A DNA stretch of 58,004 nucleotides, counting the filler, from Sphacelaria rigidula (Eukaryota): assembly GCA_964200075.2 (NCBI GenBank). It is 6 parts of 6 records of this genome, joined end to end, with 100 filler letters (N's around TTAATTAATTAA, not from the genome) between each part and the next. Parts side by side here need not be neighbours in the genome. Positions count along the whole stretch, not along the records: positions 1 to 9,585 come from CAXNAA020008153.1; positions 9,686 to 19,269 come from CAXNAA020008154.1; 4 more parts are not named here. One strand, given 5' to 3'. Below the pieces are notes generated by a model. It did no database searches. It had not been told where the DNA came from and saw nothing but the letters and a program-made list of their open reading frames with translations. A program made the translations under genes and the position numbers. Below, one piece after another: positions 1-10,489 of the stretch (position 1 is the stretch's first letter; each line of letters starts with the position of its first letter).

Positions 1-506
1 TCGCAACTAGTCCCGGCAGCTGCCGTTGAAGAATCTACCGTAGTACGTGAAGACTCTACAGTTTTGGGGAGATCTGACTCTACATTGGTACGTGTATCTG
101 ACGTTACACTGGCTGGCGAATCCGCGGGAGGTGTATGTGACCTTACAATGTAGGGCGAAACTACAGTACTTGAGGGAGTCGAAACTACAGTATTCGAGGG
201 ATCAGGCTTCCTAACGATGTACGGGCGAAGACACGTCGCTATCTGTGATGAAATCCACGATTTGCGGTCAAATCGTAATCTGCCACTGAACAAATGTATT
301 CCAATGGAATTCAAAGCGATATCCTGCCGCTCCTGCATGTGGTGAAGGGAGAAAATATTTAACTCGACACCCTCCACGACGTAGACATCGGTCAACTGTA
401 TTGGGAAGTCACTTGGGGGGACTGAGACATCCAAAGAGCTCATGTGAAATGTCAAGTTCAAGTTACCTACTGCCTTCACGGGAAGTGTGGTCCCGTCACC
501 CGTCAC
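1..506 (-). mobile_element. Ty1/copia pol remnant (C-terminal half of protease, then S/T/P-rich linker), running off the window start
   Basis: Hand translation of an open minus frame: VTGDGTTLPVKAVGNLNLTFH...IQLTDVYVVEGVELNIFSLH, matching the copia GDG-x5-G...L.DV.YV....NL.S pattern. It is absent from the ORF track because no stop occurs inside the window. Confidence 0.55.
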
Positions 507-829
507 CCGTCGCTCGACGATCGTCAATTACAAGACTCTTTCGTACAGAGCGGTGCTCGAGATGACCAACTGCGAACGTATCGAAACGACTATCCGCAAA
601 GGCAAACTCTGGTTGTCGGGAGCCCTTGTCCGGTAGAAGTACACACGCCTGCCTAAACGCGCCATGAGCGGCCGGCTTTCCACGCGAGGACCCAAGGAGG
701 CCGGCCGCCCCCCAAAGCAATGGGAGGACACCCTAAAGGAGAACGTATGTGCGCTAGGGGCTCCCGCATAAAGGAGTCCGGCAGAAGTAGTTCGTCTACG
801 GTGTAGAATAGTTAACGATGCATACGATT
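507..829 (+). mobile_element. Non-LTR retrotransposon (RTE-like LINE) ORF C-terminus, 5' part, 5'-truncated and decayed
   Basis: Translates to YKTLSYRAVLEMTNCERIETTIRKGKLWLSGALVR*KYTRLPKRAMSGRL...GRPPKQWEDTLKEN, the typical post-RT RTE motif series (RLPK...G.R..GRP...W.D.L). It is interrupted at 829 by the Gypsy element. Confidence 0.7.
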
Positions 830-995
830 TATAGCCTCTGCCAGACGATCTGGACAAGAGGGCTATCCACGAGGGACTCCTCCAGTAGGACTGGCCTCGT
901 GCTCGAGAAGTCCTTTCTTCTCACTTGTTATTATCACGGAGTTCTTCTCAACCGACCACATCAAGAGCCAGACAGCAAGGGGCCACACAGATGAG
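830..995 (-). repeat. 3' LTR (partial; lacks the first ~86 nt, no PPT visible)
   Basis: Aligns without gaps to 5200-5365 with 10 mismatches in 166 nt by hand count (~94%). Homology stops abruptly at 995/5365. Confidence 0.8.
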
Positions 996-1087
996 CGAGT
1001 TCAAGACAAACGAACAAGCTTGACAACCGCAAAAACCAAGGCGAGTTCGCATGCGCCAGATCACAAAAAAATACCATACTCCGACGC

Positions 1088-2431
1088 TTAGTTACTGGTC
1101 GGCGCCCGAGTCAACCGCAGTTTACGCAGTTCCTTCAAAACTAATTCAGGCGCAAAAAAATGAATCTTGCGAAGAGACTCCCTCGTACGTTCTTCAGCAC
1201 CGAACCCATCCCAATCGACCAAAACAATGACGTCATCATTGCCATCCTCAGTGACCTGCACCGCAGCATTCATCCGACATTCACCTTGAGCATACAAATG
1301 CTGAAATACATTTTTTAGTTCCGCAATGATGTGTAACTGCGAGTCAGCATAGAAACGCAAACGAGCGACATGGGCCGAGTGCACGGCGCTAGAAACAATG
1401 TTCTGCATCGAATACACGTGAGCGTGATCGGCTCCGACCACTCGCCTCGGACCTGTCCACGTGGACATCAACTTTGGCGTCACACCTTGTCTACGAACAC
1501 GGGCATACGAGACGAAATCGCCAACAGCAAACTTGGGCAGCATAGCCTGGCCCTGAACAAGCTTGCTTTTGGCTTTGCGAGATACCGCGACAGCAGCTTG
1601 CACTTCGTTACAAGACCGCACTTGCTCGTCAACCACGCCTCGAACCTTGTCACGCAACGTATCAGCCTCCATGACATCGACGTTCCACTCGCCGCCAGTG
1701 ACAGAAGTCAGCGCGGAAAACGCGGTACGCGGCGCACGCCCAAACATCACACAATACGGAATGATACGGTAGCGCCAACGAAAAGAAGAATTCAACGCCC
1801 ACTGAGCGGCTGGCAAAACATCAACTCATTCAGACACCGGCCGTCGCTGTTCCGACAAAATAGGCCGCAACGCACGAATAACCTATTTCACCATGCATTC
1901 ACAAGCACCATTTGACCAAGGGGTATACGCAACAGCAAATTGGTGTTGCACCTTGAGCGCGTCGCTCAGCTGTGCGATCACTTGATTCTTGAAGTGCGTG
2001 GCGGTATCACTTACCCAAACACCTGGCACCCCCAAAGTCTTGCACCAATGCAGCAAGTGCTTGGCCGTCACCTCGGCGGTACAAGCCTCGGTCGGCTGCA
2101 AGCAAAAAAAATTGGACAAGTCGTCCATGATAACCAAAACGTATCGAAAACCATCCTCATCAGGCAAACCTTTAGCACCTTTAGGTCCGCTACTCGCGAC
2201 GTACAGGAAATCGAAGTGAACAACTTCACGTGGTGCAGTGTCATGCACAGTGTCGCCATACGGATGAAGTACAATCGCACCAGCACGAGTGTCTACACAA
2301 TGCAAACACTGGCGAACGAACTCGCGAACGTGGGAATCCATGTAAGGCCACACACAGTATTCTTTCAAACGAAACAGAGTCGGCGCCACACCACGGTGAC
2401 CAGCCGACCGCATGCGAGCGCACATCATCAA
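1088..2431 (-). pseudogene. Gypsy integrase (HHCC zinc finger, DDE core, GPY/F-like motif, C-terminal chromodomain), disrupted
   Basis: ORF 1883-2431 has GHRG...WP.M...VR.CLHC, VVHFDFL and WVSDTATHF...NGACE. ORF 1088-1816 has WTGPRRVV and the chromo-like VLVDWDGFGAEERTRESL. Confidence 0.85.
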
Positions 2432-2465
2432 GTGAGGTTGTGTAGAGCCTTATCATCCGACGGAA

Positions 2466-3989
2466 TCAACAAAAAACATCACTACTGCCAACACGCACGC
2501 GAAACAAACCATCGTCAGTCAAAGTATCTTGACCGAAAGTGGAAGGAAAAAAATGAACACCGTCGTCGACTGTTTTGCGCTGCGCGGTACGAATAACATC
2601 TAACGAGGGCAGCGAATCATCGCCATCACACGGGCTGTACACGGCAACAGAACGAAGAGGCATGGTAGTAACGTTCACCAAGTGAGACAACAAATCTCTC
2701 CAAAAAATGCGCTCTCCAGGAGTGTGTTCACTGACATACCGATACTGTTGGGCTCCCAGCAACTCCCGCATGCGTTCTTGGCTTGGCATCACCCCCGGAG
2801 ACTGTTCCACTTGCGCGTTCTCCGCCTGGTAGTCGCTGACCAAACGGAATGTGTCCCGCTTCGGCACAGCCATCGCCGCACTCGCCCACACAGTCTCGAT
2901 GTTCCTAACCAACAGACCGAATGCCACCGAAACTGCGATGCATGAAGCAAGCCACACGGTCTTCACCGGATCGCAGCGGCGAGGCTTGGCCTTTACAGTC
3001 TCTTTCATGGGCTCTACGCGCGCTGGCGGATCACCACGCAGCGCACGACGAAATGAATTTACGCGGCGAGCCAACATATCGCGCAGACAATGTGAGCCAT
3101 CGACGCTCAGGTCCTTCTGCTCGGCCTGCCGCACACTATCCTCAAGCGCACGTTCTCGTGCACCTCTCTCCTCTGCTGAGTCCATAAACATATCCGGCCC
3201 CCGATCGACCAAGCGCTCTACCGCTTTATCAGCAAGAGCCTCCTCCTCATTGGCGCTCTGGAATGACCGTATGAATGCGATCACATGCCTTGCAGCAAGG
3301 TAACTGGGGTTCTTCACGCCGGCTTGCACCGGCACAGCACGCGGACGTAACTTCTCCAAAGCCAGCGGGTATAGATCAATCCCAAGCTCCATCATTGTCG
3401 CCATCCCAAATAGAACCACGTTGTCCCTACCGGGCATGACAGCGAAAGTAATAGACTGCAACTGCACAGCCTCCCACGGCGTACGCATGCTAACAGTAAT
3501 TGGCACCGTTGTGTGTGTAACCGTCACGGGAGCACCCGTGGCGGTCTGTGCCGTTTGCGGTCCGTTCTCGAACGGAATCTGCAGCTGAGCGCCGCCAAAC
3601 TGCGAAGACGTTTGTTCTAGCAACTCCACATCGATCGACGTGAGCGTGAATCCAGAATCCAGAATAACGTGCATGAACGAACCTACAGAACCAAGCAAGG
3701 CTAAATCTGCGCGTAAGCATTTAGCCTTGCGATCGACAGGTACCATGCCTGCCGAAGAACCCTGTTCGGTACCAAGAGCCACCTGACGCCAGGGCTGCCC
3801 TCCAGCACTTGGTATCGATAGCTGCGAATCGTCGGTCCAACCAGACCAAGTCGCCGAATATGCAGACGGCGCTGTTACAGCCGTCGCAGCAGTAGGGAAT
3901 GCACCAGGCACGGATCCTGCCTGGCCGAGGGGTTGCGAGCTATTCGCTCCAGCACTCCCGACCGAGGTATTTGCATTTCCCACGTACAC
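2466..3989 (-). pseudogene. Gypsy aspartic protease plus RT N-terminus fused directly to the end of RNase H
   Basis: Protease VILDSGFT...VLFGM and RT start WASAAMAVPKRDTFRLVSDY...N are followed at once by QYRYVSEHTPGERIFWRDLLS (RNase H end). No YxDD motif is present. Confidence 0.85.
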
Positions 3990-4186
3990 TGTCCGCCCCG
4001 ACGCGAACGAACCATAACATCCAGAGTCACTACCTGATGACGTGGTGGAAGAAACAGCAGCGGAGGAACCCCACCATCCGCCGCCGATTGGTTGCTACCG
4101 CGGCCGCCGCGCCCGCGTCCCTGATTGGCACGGCCCCATTCACCGTGACGACCGCCTCGAGATCCTGATAAATCCCGTGCATTGCC

Positions 4187-5100
4187 CTATGCAGCGCGTT
4201 GAGCGCGAGGCCTGGGGCAGTCCTTGATCATATGTCTGGTGTCGCCGCAGTTGCAACACGCGCGAGTGGACGACTCCCGCGAAGACGGCTGCTGTTTCTG
4301 TTGCTGTAGGTGTTTGCGGCGCATACCACCTGCACTTGTTTCAGAGTCGCGCCGATCATGTGCTTCAATAAACTTCCACTGGTCGGCCGCCTCAAATATT
4401 GTTTTGAACACCACCGTCGGGTTATTTTTCCAGCCATCAACATACGTTTGTACCCTTATAACATACGCCTTGAATTCCGGGGGCGAAATCCCGTCCACCA
4501 AAGCTATGGAAACCGACTCGGCCGGGCCTGGTAATTAACTCCTGTTCTCCGCCCGGTATATGGCTTGCAACATCAGGCTCTCTACGAAAAACCGTTCCAT
4601 ATCTGAACTGACCATCATAGCACGATCCCTGACAGATTTCCTCCCGTTTTGCTTCATTATAAGTACCCTACGCAGGTCTGGTGCAGCCCGCGCAGCGTCA
4701 TGCTTTACACCGGTTGTAGTACACCCGGCATGCTGTTTCACAGCATCAAGCAATTCATCGGGGGTCATAGCCCGACCGTCCTTGTACATGTCTTCGAAGC
4801 AGCGGTGAATGTAGACAGGAGTGAGTTACCCTATGCTTACTCTCTCATGCCGTGAAGTTCCTTCTTCATTAGCGAGACTCAGACGCTGTATATATTCAAG
4901 ATATGCTAGGGGAAAAACCCGTGATGCCTCCTCTGTCCATACTTCATACTTTGACGGCTGTAGTGGCTCAATTAACACCAGCGGCGCTGCCGCCGCTTGA
5001 GCCATGTCGTCTATGCTCCAAACACTTCACGGAGAGACTCTTGCCTGACTTGTGCGTCCTTCAGCTCATGGAGTGTCCCCCATTGCTGTGCGCTTCAAGC
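4187..5100 (-). pseudogene. Gypsy gag with CCHC zinc knuckle, broken by stops
   Basis: ORFs 4535-4789 and 4187-4501; the latter has CCNCGDTRHMIKDC (CX2CX4HX4C) and is followed by an RG-rich tract. The 5' limit is approximate. Confidence 0.7.
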
Positions 5101-5199
5101 TGGTCTCCTCCTGTCTGCGGGCTAAACTGGCTCTTAGCTGCTGCCCACCTCTCCTCAGCCAAACTCCTCTAACAGAGTGCCCGAAGAATATCTAGATAT

Positions 5200-5451
5200 T
5201 GTACCCTCTGCCAGACGATCTGGACAAGAGGACTATCCACGAGGGACTCCTCCAGTAGCACTGGCCTCGTGCTCGAGAAGTCCTTTCTTCTCACTTGTTA
5301 TTTTCACGGAGTGATCCTCAACAGACCACATGAAGAGCCAGACAGCAAGGGGCCACACAGATGAGGGTCATCAATCCAGGATCCCCTGTCCCCTACGACT
5401 GCTCCAGTCATGCATGCGATTATTCTGAAACCTACGTATCATTTGGCTACA
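5200..5451 (-). repeat. 5' LTR, 252 bp
   Basis: TGTA...TACA termini, repeat of 830-995, and the TSD directly after 5451. Confidence 0.85.
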
Positions 5452-6492
5452 GATTGGATCACTGCGGCGAAGAACATGCGCAAATGGCACATTGGAGTCG
5501 AAAAAGGAGCGGAAATTTTGAGGACACGTGGCGACGCGCGGACAAACGAAAATCAGCCTATCGTCACAAGCGAGAGGCTGCTGCGTCGAGGGCTGCCAAT
5601 AGAAGTATCCTGTCTGCTCGTATCGGTTGTTGATTATGTCTTTAGTTGGTGGCTCTGCGATGCCCACTGATGTGTGTCTGTATCTACTCTGCTGACCTGA
5701 ATCCCTTGGGCTTTTCCCTTTTTAATTACTTTATTCCAACTTTTTTCTGCTCCTTTATTTTCATTATAACTATCATCATTATTTTTTTAGGTCGGCCATC
5801 TTTTTCTGTGCTTTGTTTATGTCGGTTTCGTTCTTTCTTTCTTTCTTTCTTTTCACGTCTTAGACCGACTCTAATGGGAGTCGTTCAGAATTCTTGTTTT
5901 AAACTGCATTATTGGCCCTCCCCAGTCGTTTTACGCCTGAAAAAAGGGCTCGGTCGATGTTTACGCCTCGGAGTGACTTGCTTTACTCATTGAGGCCGTT
6001 CCAGGGCAACTTTGCATTTTCCGCTGGCCGCACTTTTATTTTTGGCCAAGCACAGATTTTCAAGAAAAAGCGGTCAAGTGATCAAAACACTGAGCGAAAT
6101 TTTAATCACCTGGCCGTTTTTAGTATGAATCCGTGTTTGGCCTCATTTGGCCAAAAACAACAGTGTGGCCAGCGGGAAATGCAAAGCTGCCCTAGAATGG
6201 TCTCAACGAGTGTAGCAAGTCGTTCCAAGGCGTCAACACCCGCCTAGCCCATTTTTCGGGCGTAAATCGACGGACAAGGGATCTAAAGGCAGTTTCCGAC
6301 AGGAATTTTGAAGGGCTCCCATTAGAGTTGGCCGCAGTCTATTAGAGTCTACGTCGCTATGTTTGACTTTTCTCTGCTCCTTTTTCTTGAACGAGTGTTC
6401 CAGTTTTGCTTTTCTTGGGTACGTCTATCACGCGACCACGGCTGAACCCATGGATGATCAGTTGAAGTGCAACAATCAATCAATCGCAATCA
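5452..6492 (+). mobile_element. LINE 3' part: ORF end, T-rich 3' UTR (interrupted by a MITE) and (CAAT)n tail
   Basis: DWITAAKNMRKWHIGVEKGAE continues in frame from VNDAY(D) at 811-829 once the Gypsy is removed. It ends in tgcaacaatcaatcaatc near 6468-6492, and similar tails occur at ~20132-20152 and ~29431-29450. Confidence 0.7.
5863..6333. mobile_element. Foldback MITE with long imperfect TIRs (PIF/Harbinger-like), copy 1
   Basis: Ends are GACCGACTCTAATGGGAG / CTCCCATTAGAGTTGGCC and the arms are inverted over ~190 bp. A second copy lies at 27837-28315. Confidence 0.8.
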
Positions 6493-7172
6493 AATATGTT
6501 CCGTTAACGAGAAAAGAAAGAGAAGGCGTCATTTCCCCCCCGCCCGCCTTATACTGCGAGTCTTGCATCCACATATTCTTCTATTTTTTTTTGGTTTGAA
6601 TTGAGAAACGTGCATGTTTCCCCCCAATCATGGCGCTGTACATTGCGCATTTCGAAATTGATTGGAAAGTGGGGACCCTCCCGGACATGTGCTGCTTGTT
6701 TCTTGCGGTTCGAGGCACACACGGCCCAGATACTGCACACACACCATGGCTACACTCCATGCATATATATATATATATATATATGCAAATCTGGTAATCA
6801 GATCGTATCAATTAAATAAGCGCGCTGGTTTGACACGGTGTGTGTGATGTGATGTGAAAAACGTGGACATGAGCAGCCCCACACAATGTGCTACAGCAGC
6901 ATAAAACAATGGCGGGGTGATTACGAAAAGTTAACCTTGACTCGGGAGGACTTTTTCGTAGGCCCATCTTCGGGAGGTGCAGTGACGTGAACCGATGGTC
7001 AAACTCCACGGCTGAATTGTGCTGACTTTTGGTTATTCCACGTAGTAATACCCTGTAGTTCACACAACAGCAGCTATTATAGATACACCAGTAGTACGGG
7101 CTTTTCGGGGACACACAACCCCACGAATTCGTCAGCTTGGCATTTGAGCGTTTTATTATGTAGACCTAGTGC

Positions 7173-7499
7173 CACTGGTCGCCCCGGTGGCTCAGTTGGT
7201 AACCTCGAAACCTGCTGGCGGTTGGGTAGTGGGTTCAATTCCCGGTCTGGGATTTTTTCTCACACCATGCCCAACAGTGGAGAGCGACTATGTCGTGGGT
7301 GCACAAAATTCGACCTGGTGGTCGACGAGGGAAGGGGGCTGCTGAACCCCTCTCGCGATAAAAAAGGAAAGTCAAGCACCGCAGAAGGAAGGTGGGATAC
7401 TAAGGAAAAAACTCCTGTGTCGACCTTCCTCCTGTGTGATCCCGGTGCGCCCACATATACCGAGAAGTGCAGACTGGCGCCCAGAATAGATGAGACAAC

Positions 7500-7564
<65 letters not shown>
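7173..7564 (+). mobile_element. tRNA-derived SINE with (CA)n tail, copy 1
   Basis: Pol III A box TGGCTCAGTTGG 7188-7199, B box GGTTCAATTCC 7232-7242, body shared with 7755-8123, and a (CA)n tail ending at 7564. Confidence 0.8.
7501..7564. repeat. (AC)32 microsatellite (SINE tail)
   Basis: Seen directly. Confidence 0.95.
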
Positions 7565-7567
<3 letters not shown>

Positions 7568-7754
7568 GCTGCCATCAATCGTCGCTTGGGGTATCGATTC
7601 GAGCTCTGCCAACAATGCACGATTTGCCTGAGGCACTCTCTCTTTCTCTTTGCAACTTCTACAGAACACAAATCATCGAGTAAACTCGGAAACACGATCT
7701 CACCAGTTTGTTGTTTAGTTGTTGTTTTGCAGGGTATATGATATCCACCCGTGA

Positions 7755-8123
7755 GCCGGTCGCCGTGGCGACTCAGTTGGTAACCTCGAAACCTTATTCT
7801 GACGGTTGGGTAGTGGGTTCAAATCTCGATGCGGTCACACGATCTGGGATGTTTTTTCGTACACCATGACCAACGCAGTGGAGAGCGACTATGTCGTGGG
7901 TACACAAAATTCGAGTTCACGGTCGACGAGGGCAACGGACCGCCGAGCTCCTCTCGCGAATAAAAAATAAGGTAAGCACCACAGAAGGAAGGTGGAGTTA
8001 TCGAACAGAAACAAAAAACTCCTGTGTTAGCCTTCCTCCTGTGTGACCCCGGCTGATACGCCCACATATAAAGGCCAAAAGGTGTAGACTGGCGTCCAGA
8101 ATAGATGGGATGCCAACAAACAT
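7755..8123 (+). mobile_element. tRNA-derived SINE, copy 2 (diverged, short tail)
   Basis: A box ..ACTCAGTTGG, B box GGTTCAAATC, shared blocks such as CAGTGGAGAGCGACTATGTCGTGGGT and CAGAATAGATG. Possible TSD ACCCGT at 7747-7752 / 8124-8129. Confidence 0.75.
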
Positions 8124-9511
8124 ACCCGTACGCCACCCACCCGCCATTCGTGGTAGCGCGCTGACGATTGCATGCGGGATAAAACACCCGACCATTCTGA
8201 AGACTGAAAGTCATATCATGTGTAAATAGAAAATGAAAAAGATTATCGTTCGCAAATTTTTCATTTCTTGGGGGGAGACGGATTTTCTTGTCCGGCAATG
8301 GCATTCATTCGTTATTCCTCTGGCTTTTATTCTTGTATCTTGGCTCGTGCTCGAGGATCAGAGCAAGTCACCACAACAATACCAACGCTTGAAGGTGTTG
8401 AAGTCCAACTCCCCTACTCGTGGGGGCTAAGAATTGTATCCCAAGACTTTAACTAATTATCCCGTCTGCGCAGTCACCTCGCGGTTATTGTTGCCATTTC
8501 ACTCTTTTCATGGGTAGGAAATGGAAAAGTGTATCGAAAAATTCCAAATATGCACCCATCGCAAGTTGAAATAACCCTTCGACCCCGGGGATGGGTCCTT
8601 ATGTGGAATCGACATAATATTTTGTGTTCACCTGAAAGAGAGGGTAGTGGAACTTTTTCGGAAATTTGTGGCTTGGAATAAATCTTAGGGCCTTTCTTAT
8701 CGAAGGGGATTTTCCCCTTTTTCAAACCTCCCTTTGTGACTAACGACCGCTGAGTGGTCGCTGCGGCACCATCCCCGGAAAAAATCGCCCAGAAATCCCC
8801 TTCGGGGAGGGGGGAGATTTCAGGAGGTAACAACGCTTCCTGAAATCCCCTTCAAAAATGCCCTTTTCAAAGGGGATTTCTGTGCACCTCGAAGGGGAGC
8901 ATACGTGTCCCCCCCTTGACAGGGGCAGAAGCAAAGGCTTACCATACAACCCAACACAGTCGGTGCTGAACCTGAGGAACTTGGTTTCCCCGCAAACCCG
9001 AGACACACAGCTCGAGTCGTAGCTGCTCACCAGCTGAGCACGTTGTGCGTGACCTCCCTCAAATCTGTCCAGGATTCAGTGATAAATGTTTTGAGTGAGA
9101 CGAGCGTGCAGCACACGTACACAAACCTTCAGCAATGACACGTTTTCGGTTGTTTTCGACACGCGCGCGGGCGCCATTCGTCCAATACAAAACAAATTTC
9201 CGTCAAACAAAGACTGCCGTGTGTGGATTAGCAAAGGCTGGCGGTGCATGGAAGTAACGCGCGTCAGTGGTGGGTGTCTGTGTTGCCGTCAGTATGTTTT
9301 TTCGGAGCTTGGTGTGTTGGTGTTGTGTTGCCTTGTAGCTTGTAGCGTCTTGTCCGTAGCATTACAGAGACCTTGGACCAACGACCACTTCAGTATCCGC
9401 CGCATATTTCTGAACCTGCGTGCTGCGACGAAATAATGCCGTTACGTTGAGTTGGTAGTGATGATCTTGATAATGACCGTTGGTAGTCATGATCTGGATG
9501 ACCGGGGACAC

Positions 9512-9585
9512 TAGGTACAGCAGAAAAAGAAGGAAGTTTGGGAAGGTGTAGTGGAAAAAACGAATGAAGATTTCAATGGCGGTAT
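9512..9585 (+). mobile_element. Possible LINE ORF2 fragment at the contig end
   Basis: Translates VQQKKKEVWEGVVEKTNEDFNGG, resembling the endonuclease-RT linker of LINEs. It is short. Confidence 0.3.
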
Positions 9586-9685
9586 NNNNNNNNNNNNNNN
9601 NNNNNNNNNNNNNNNNNNNNNNNNNNNNNTTAATTAATTAANNNNNNNNNNNNNNNNNNNNNNNNNNNNNNNNNNNNNNNNNNNN
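9586..9685. other. Artificial contig spacer 44N-TTAATTAATTAA-44N
   Basis: Linker with stops in all six frames, identical at five positions 9684 bp apart. Confidence 0.98.
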
Positions 9686-10205
9686 GACGGAATACATAAA
9701 CATGCCTCTTTACATCTGGTTGGATCCGGTTCTTTCCGAGGACCGACCCAATCGGGTGCACCCTGGTGTCCACTCCTTTTTGGAAGTGCGAAGTCTCGAC
9801 ACCACCAATGAGAGAAAGAGAAAAAAAAATCGGCCTTGATCTGTGACCAAGCATATCGTGACGTTCGTCCTGTGTCATTCTACGTTGAACTTACCCACAT
9901 GCTGTGAGCTTACGATTGTTTCAAGAGTAACGGTGAGACAGTAAGGTGTTTGATTCCAGCATCGAGCAGATGCTAGAATGTTGGCATGATAGTAAAATCG
10001 AACTGTGCCAGACGGAATGGTGAAATGTGTAGCCATATGTAATAGTAAAAGTAAGTAATCTTTGCATGAGCTAGCAAAACCTCGTAACCTGCATGACCGA
10101 AATGCTATTGTTGTTCGCTCTAGTACTCGACTTGTACAGTAGACACATGCTTGTGGACGACCACTATGGCCAACTATATTCCGTTTGTATCAGCTAATGC
10201 AAACT

Positions 10206-10425
10206 GTATACAGGCTGTTTCAGGTTTTAAGAAACGCTGCAGAATTGTGTTGTGTTTAGTGTGGTGCACTGTACTCCATAAAATGGGGTCACGTTTGGGG
10301 CAGTTTTTCGAAAAGTTCTGGTTGTTGTTTCAACAGCATTCTGAAAAAATCGAGACAGTTTTCTGTCACAGAAATCTCATGCCGTATCTGGAATGGCCTG
10401 AGACAACAACCAATTTGAAAATTTG
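10206..10425 (-). repeat. Dispersed repeat homologous to 47083-47430 (probable retroelement 5' leader)
   Basis: The 60-nt core 10364-10423 matches 47370-47429 at 54/60, with patchy similarity (GGGGTCACGTTT, TTCAGGTT) upstream. Confidence 0.7.
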
Positions 10426-10489
10426 ATTTTTTTTTCCTTGCTTTTTATTTTTTATATCTGAAGCGTGTCATGACTTTTCCCGTGTTTGG

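Larger units (their letters stand above)
830..5451 (-). mobile_element. Ty3/Gypsy chromovirus-type LTR retrotransposon, internally deleted (non-autonomous)
   Basis: Termini TATAGCC(830)...GGCTACA(5451), 4-bp TSD GATT at 826-829 and 5452-5455, and direct repeats 830-995 / 5200-5365. Gag, protease, integrase and chromodomain occur in Gypsy order on the minus strand. Confidence 0.9.

Noticed and set aside
6490-6580. Minus-strand KNMWMQDS...MT...GTYLIA as the upstream half of the copia protease split by the LINE
   Set aside because: The position fits, but the DSGA motif is not intact and no TSD is visible. Too weak to call.
7177-7250. tRNA gene
   Set aside because: It has A/B boxes but no convincing cloverleaf, and it continues into a repeated SINE body with a tail.
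7144-7741. ORFs with HTHT/CVCV runs
   Set aside because: These are translations of the (AC)n microsatellite and SINE.
8410-8925. GGGGATTT/AAATCCCC-rich segment as a TIR element
   Set aside because: Internal inverted motifs are present, but the termini and TSD could not be defined and there is no second copy.
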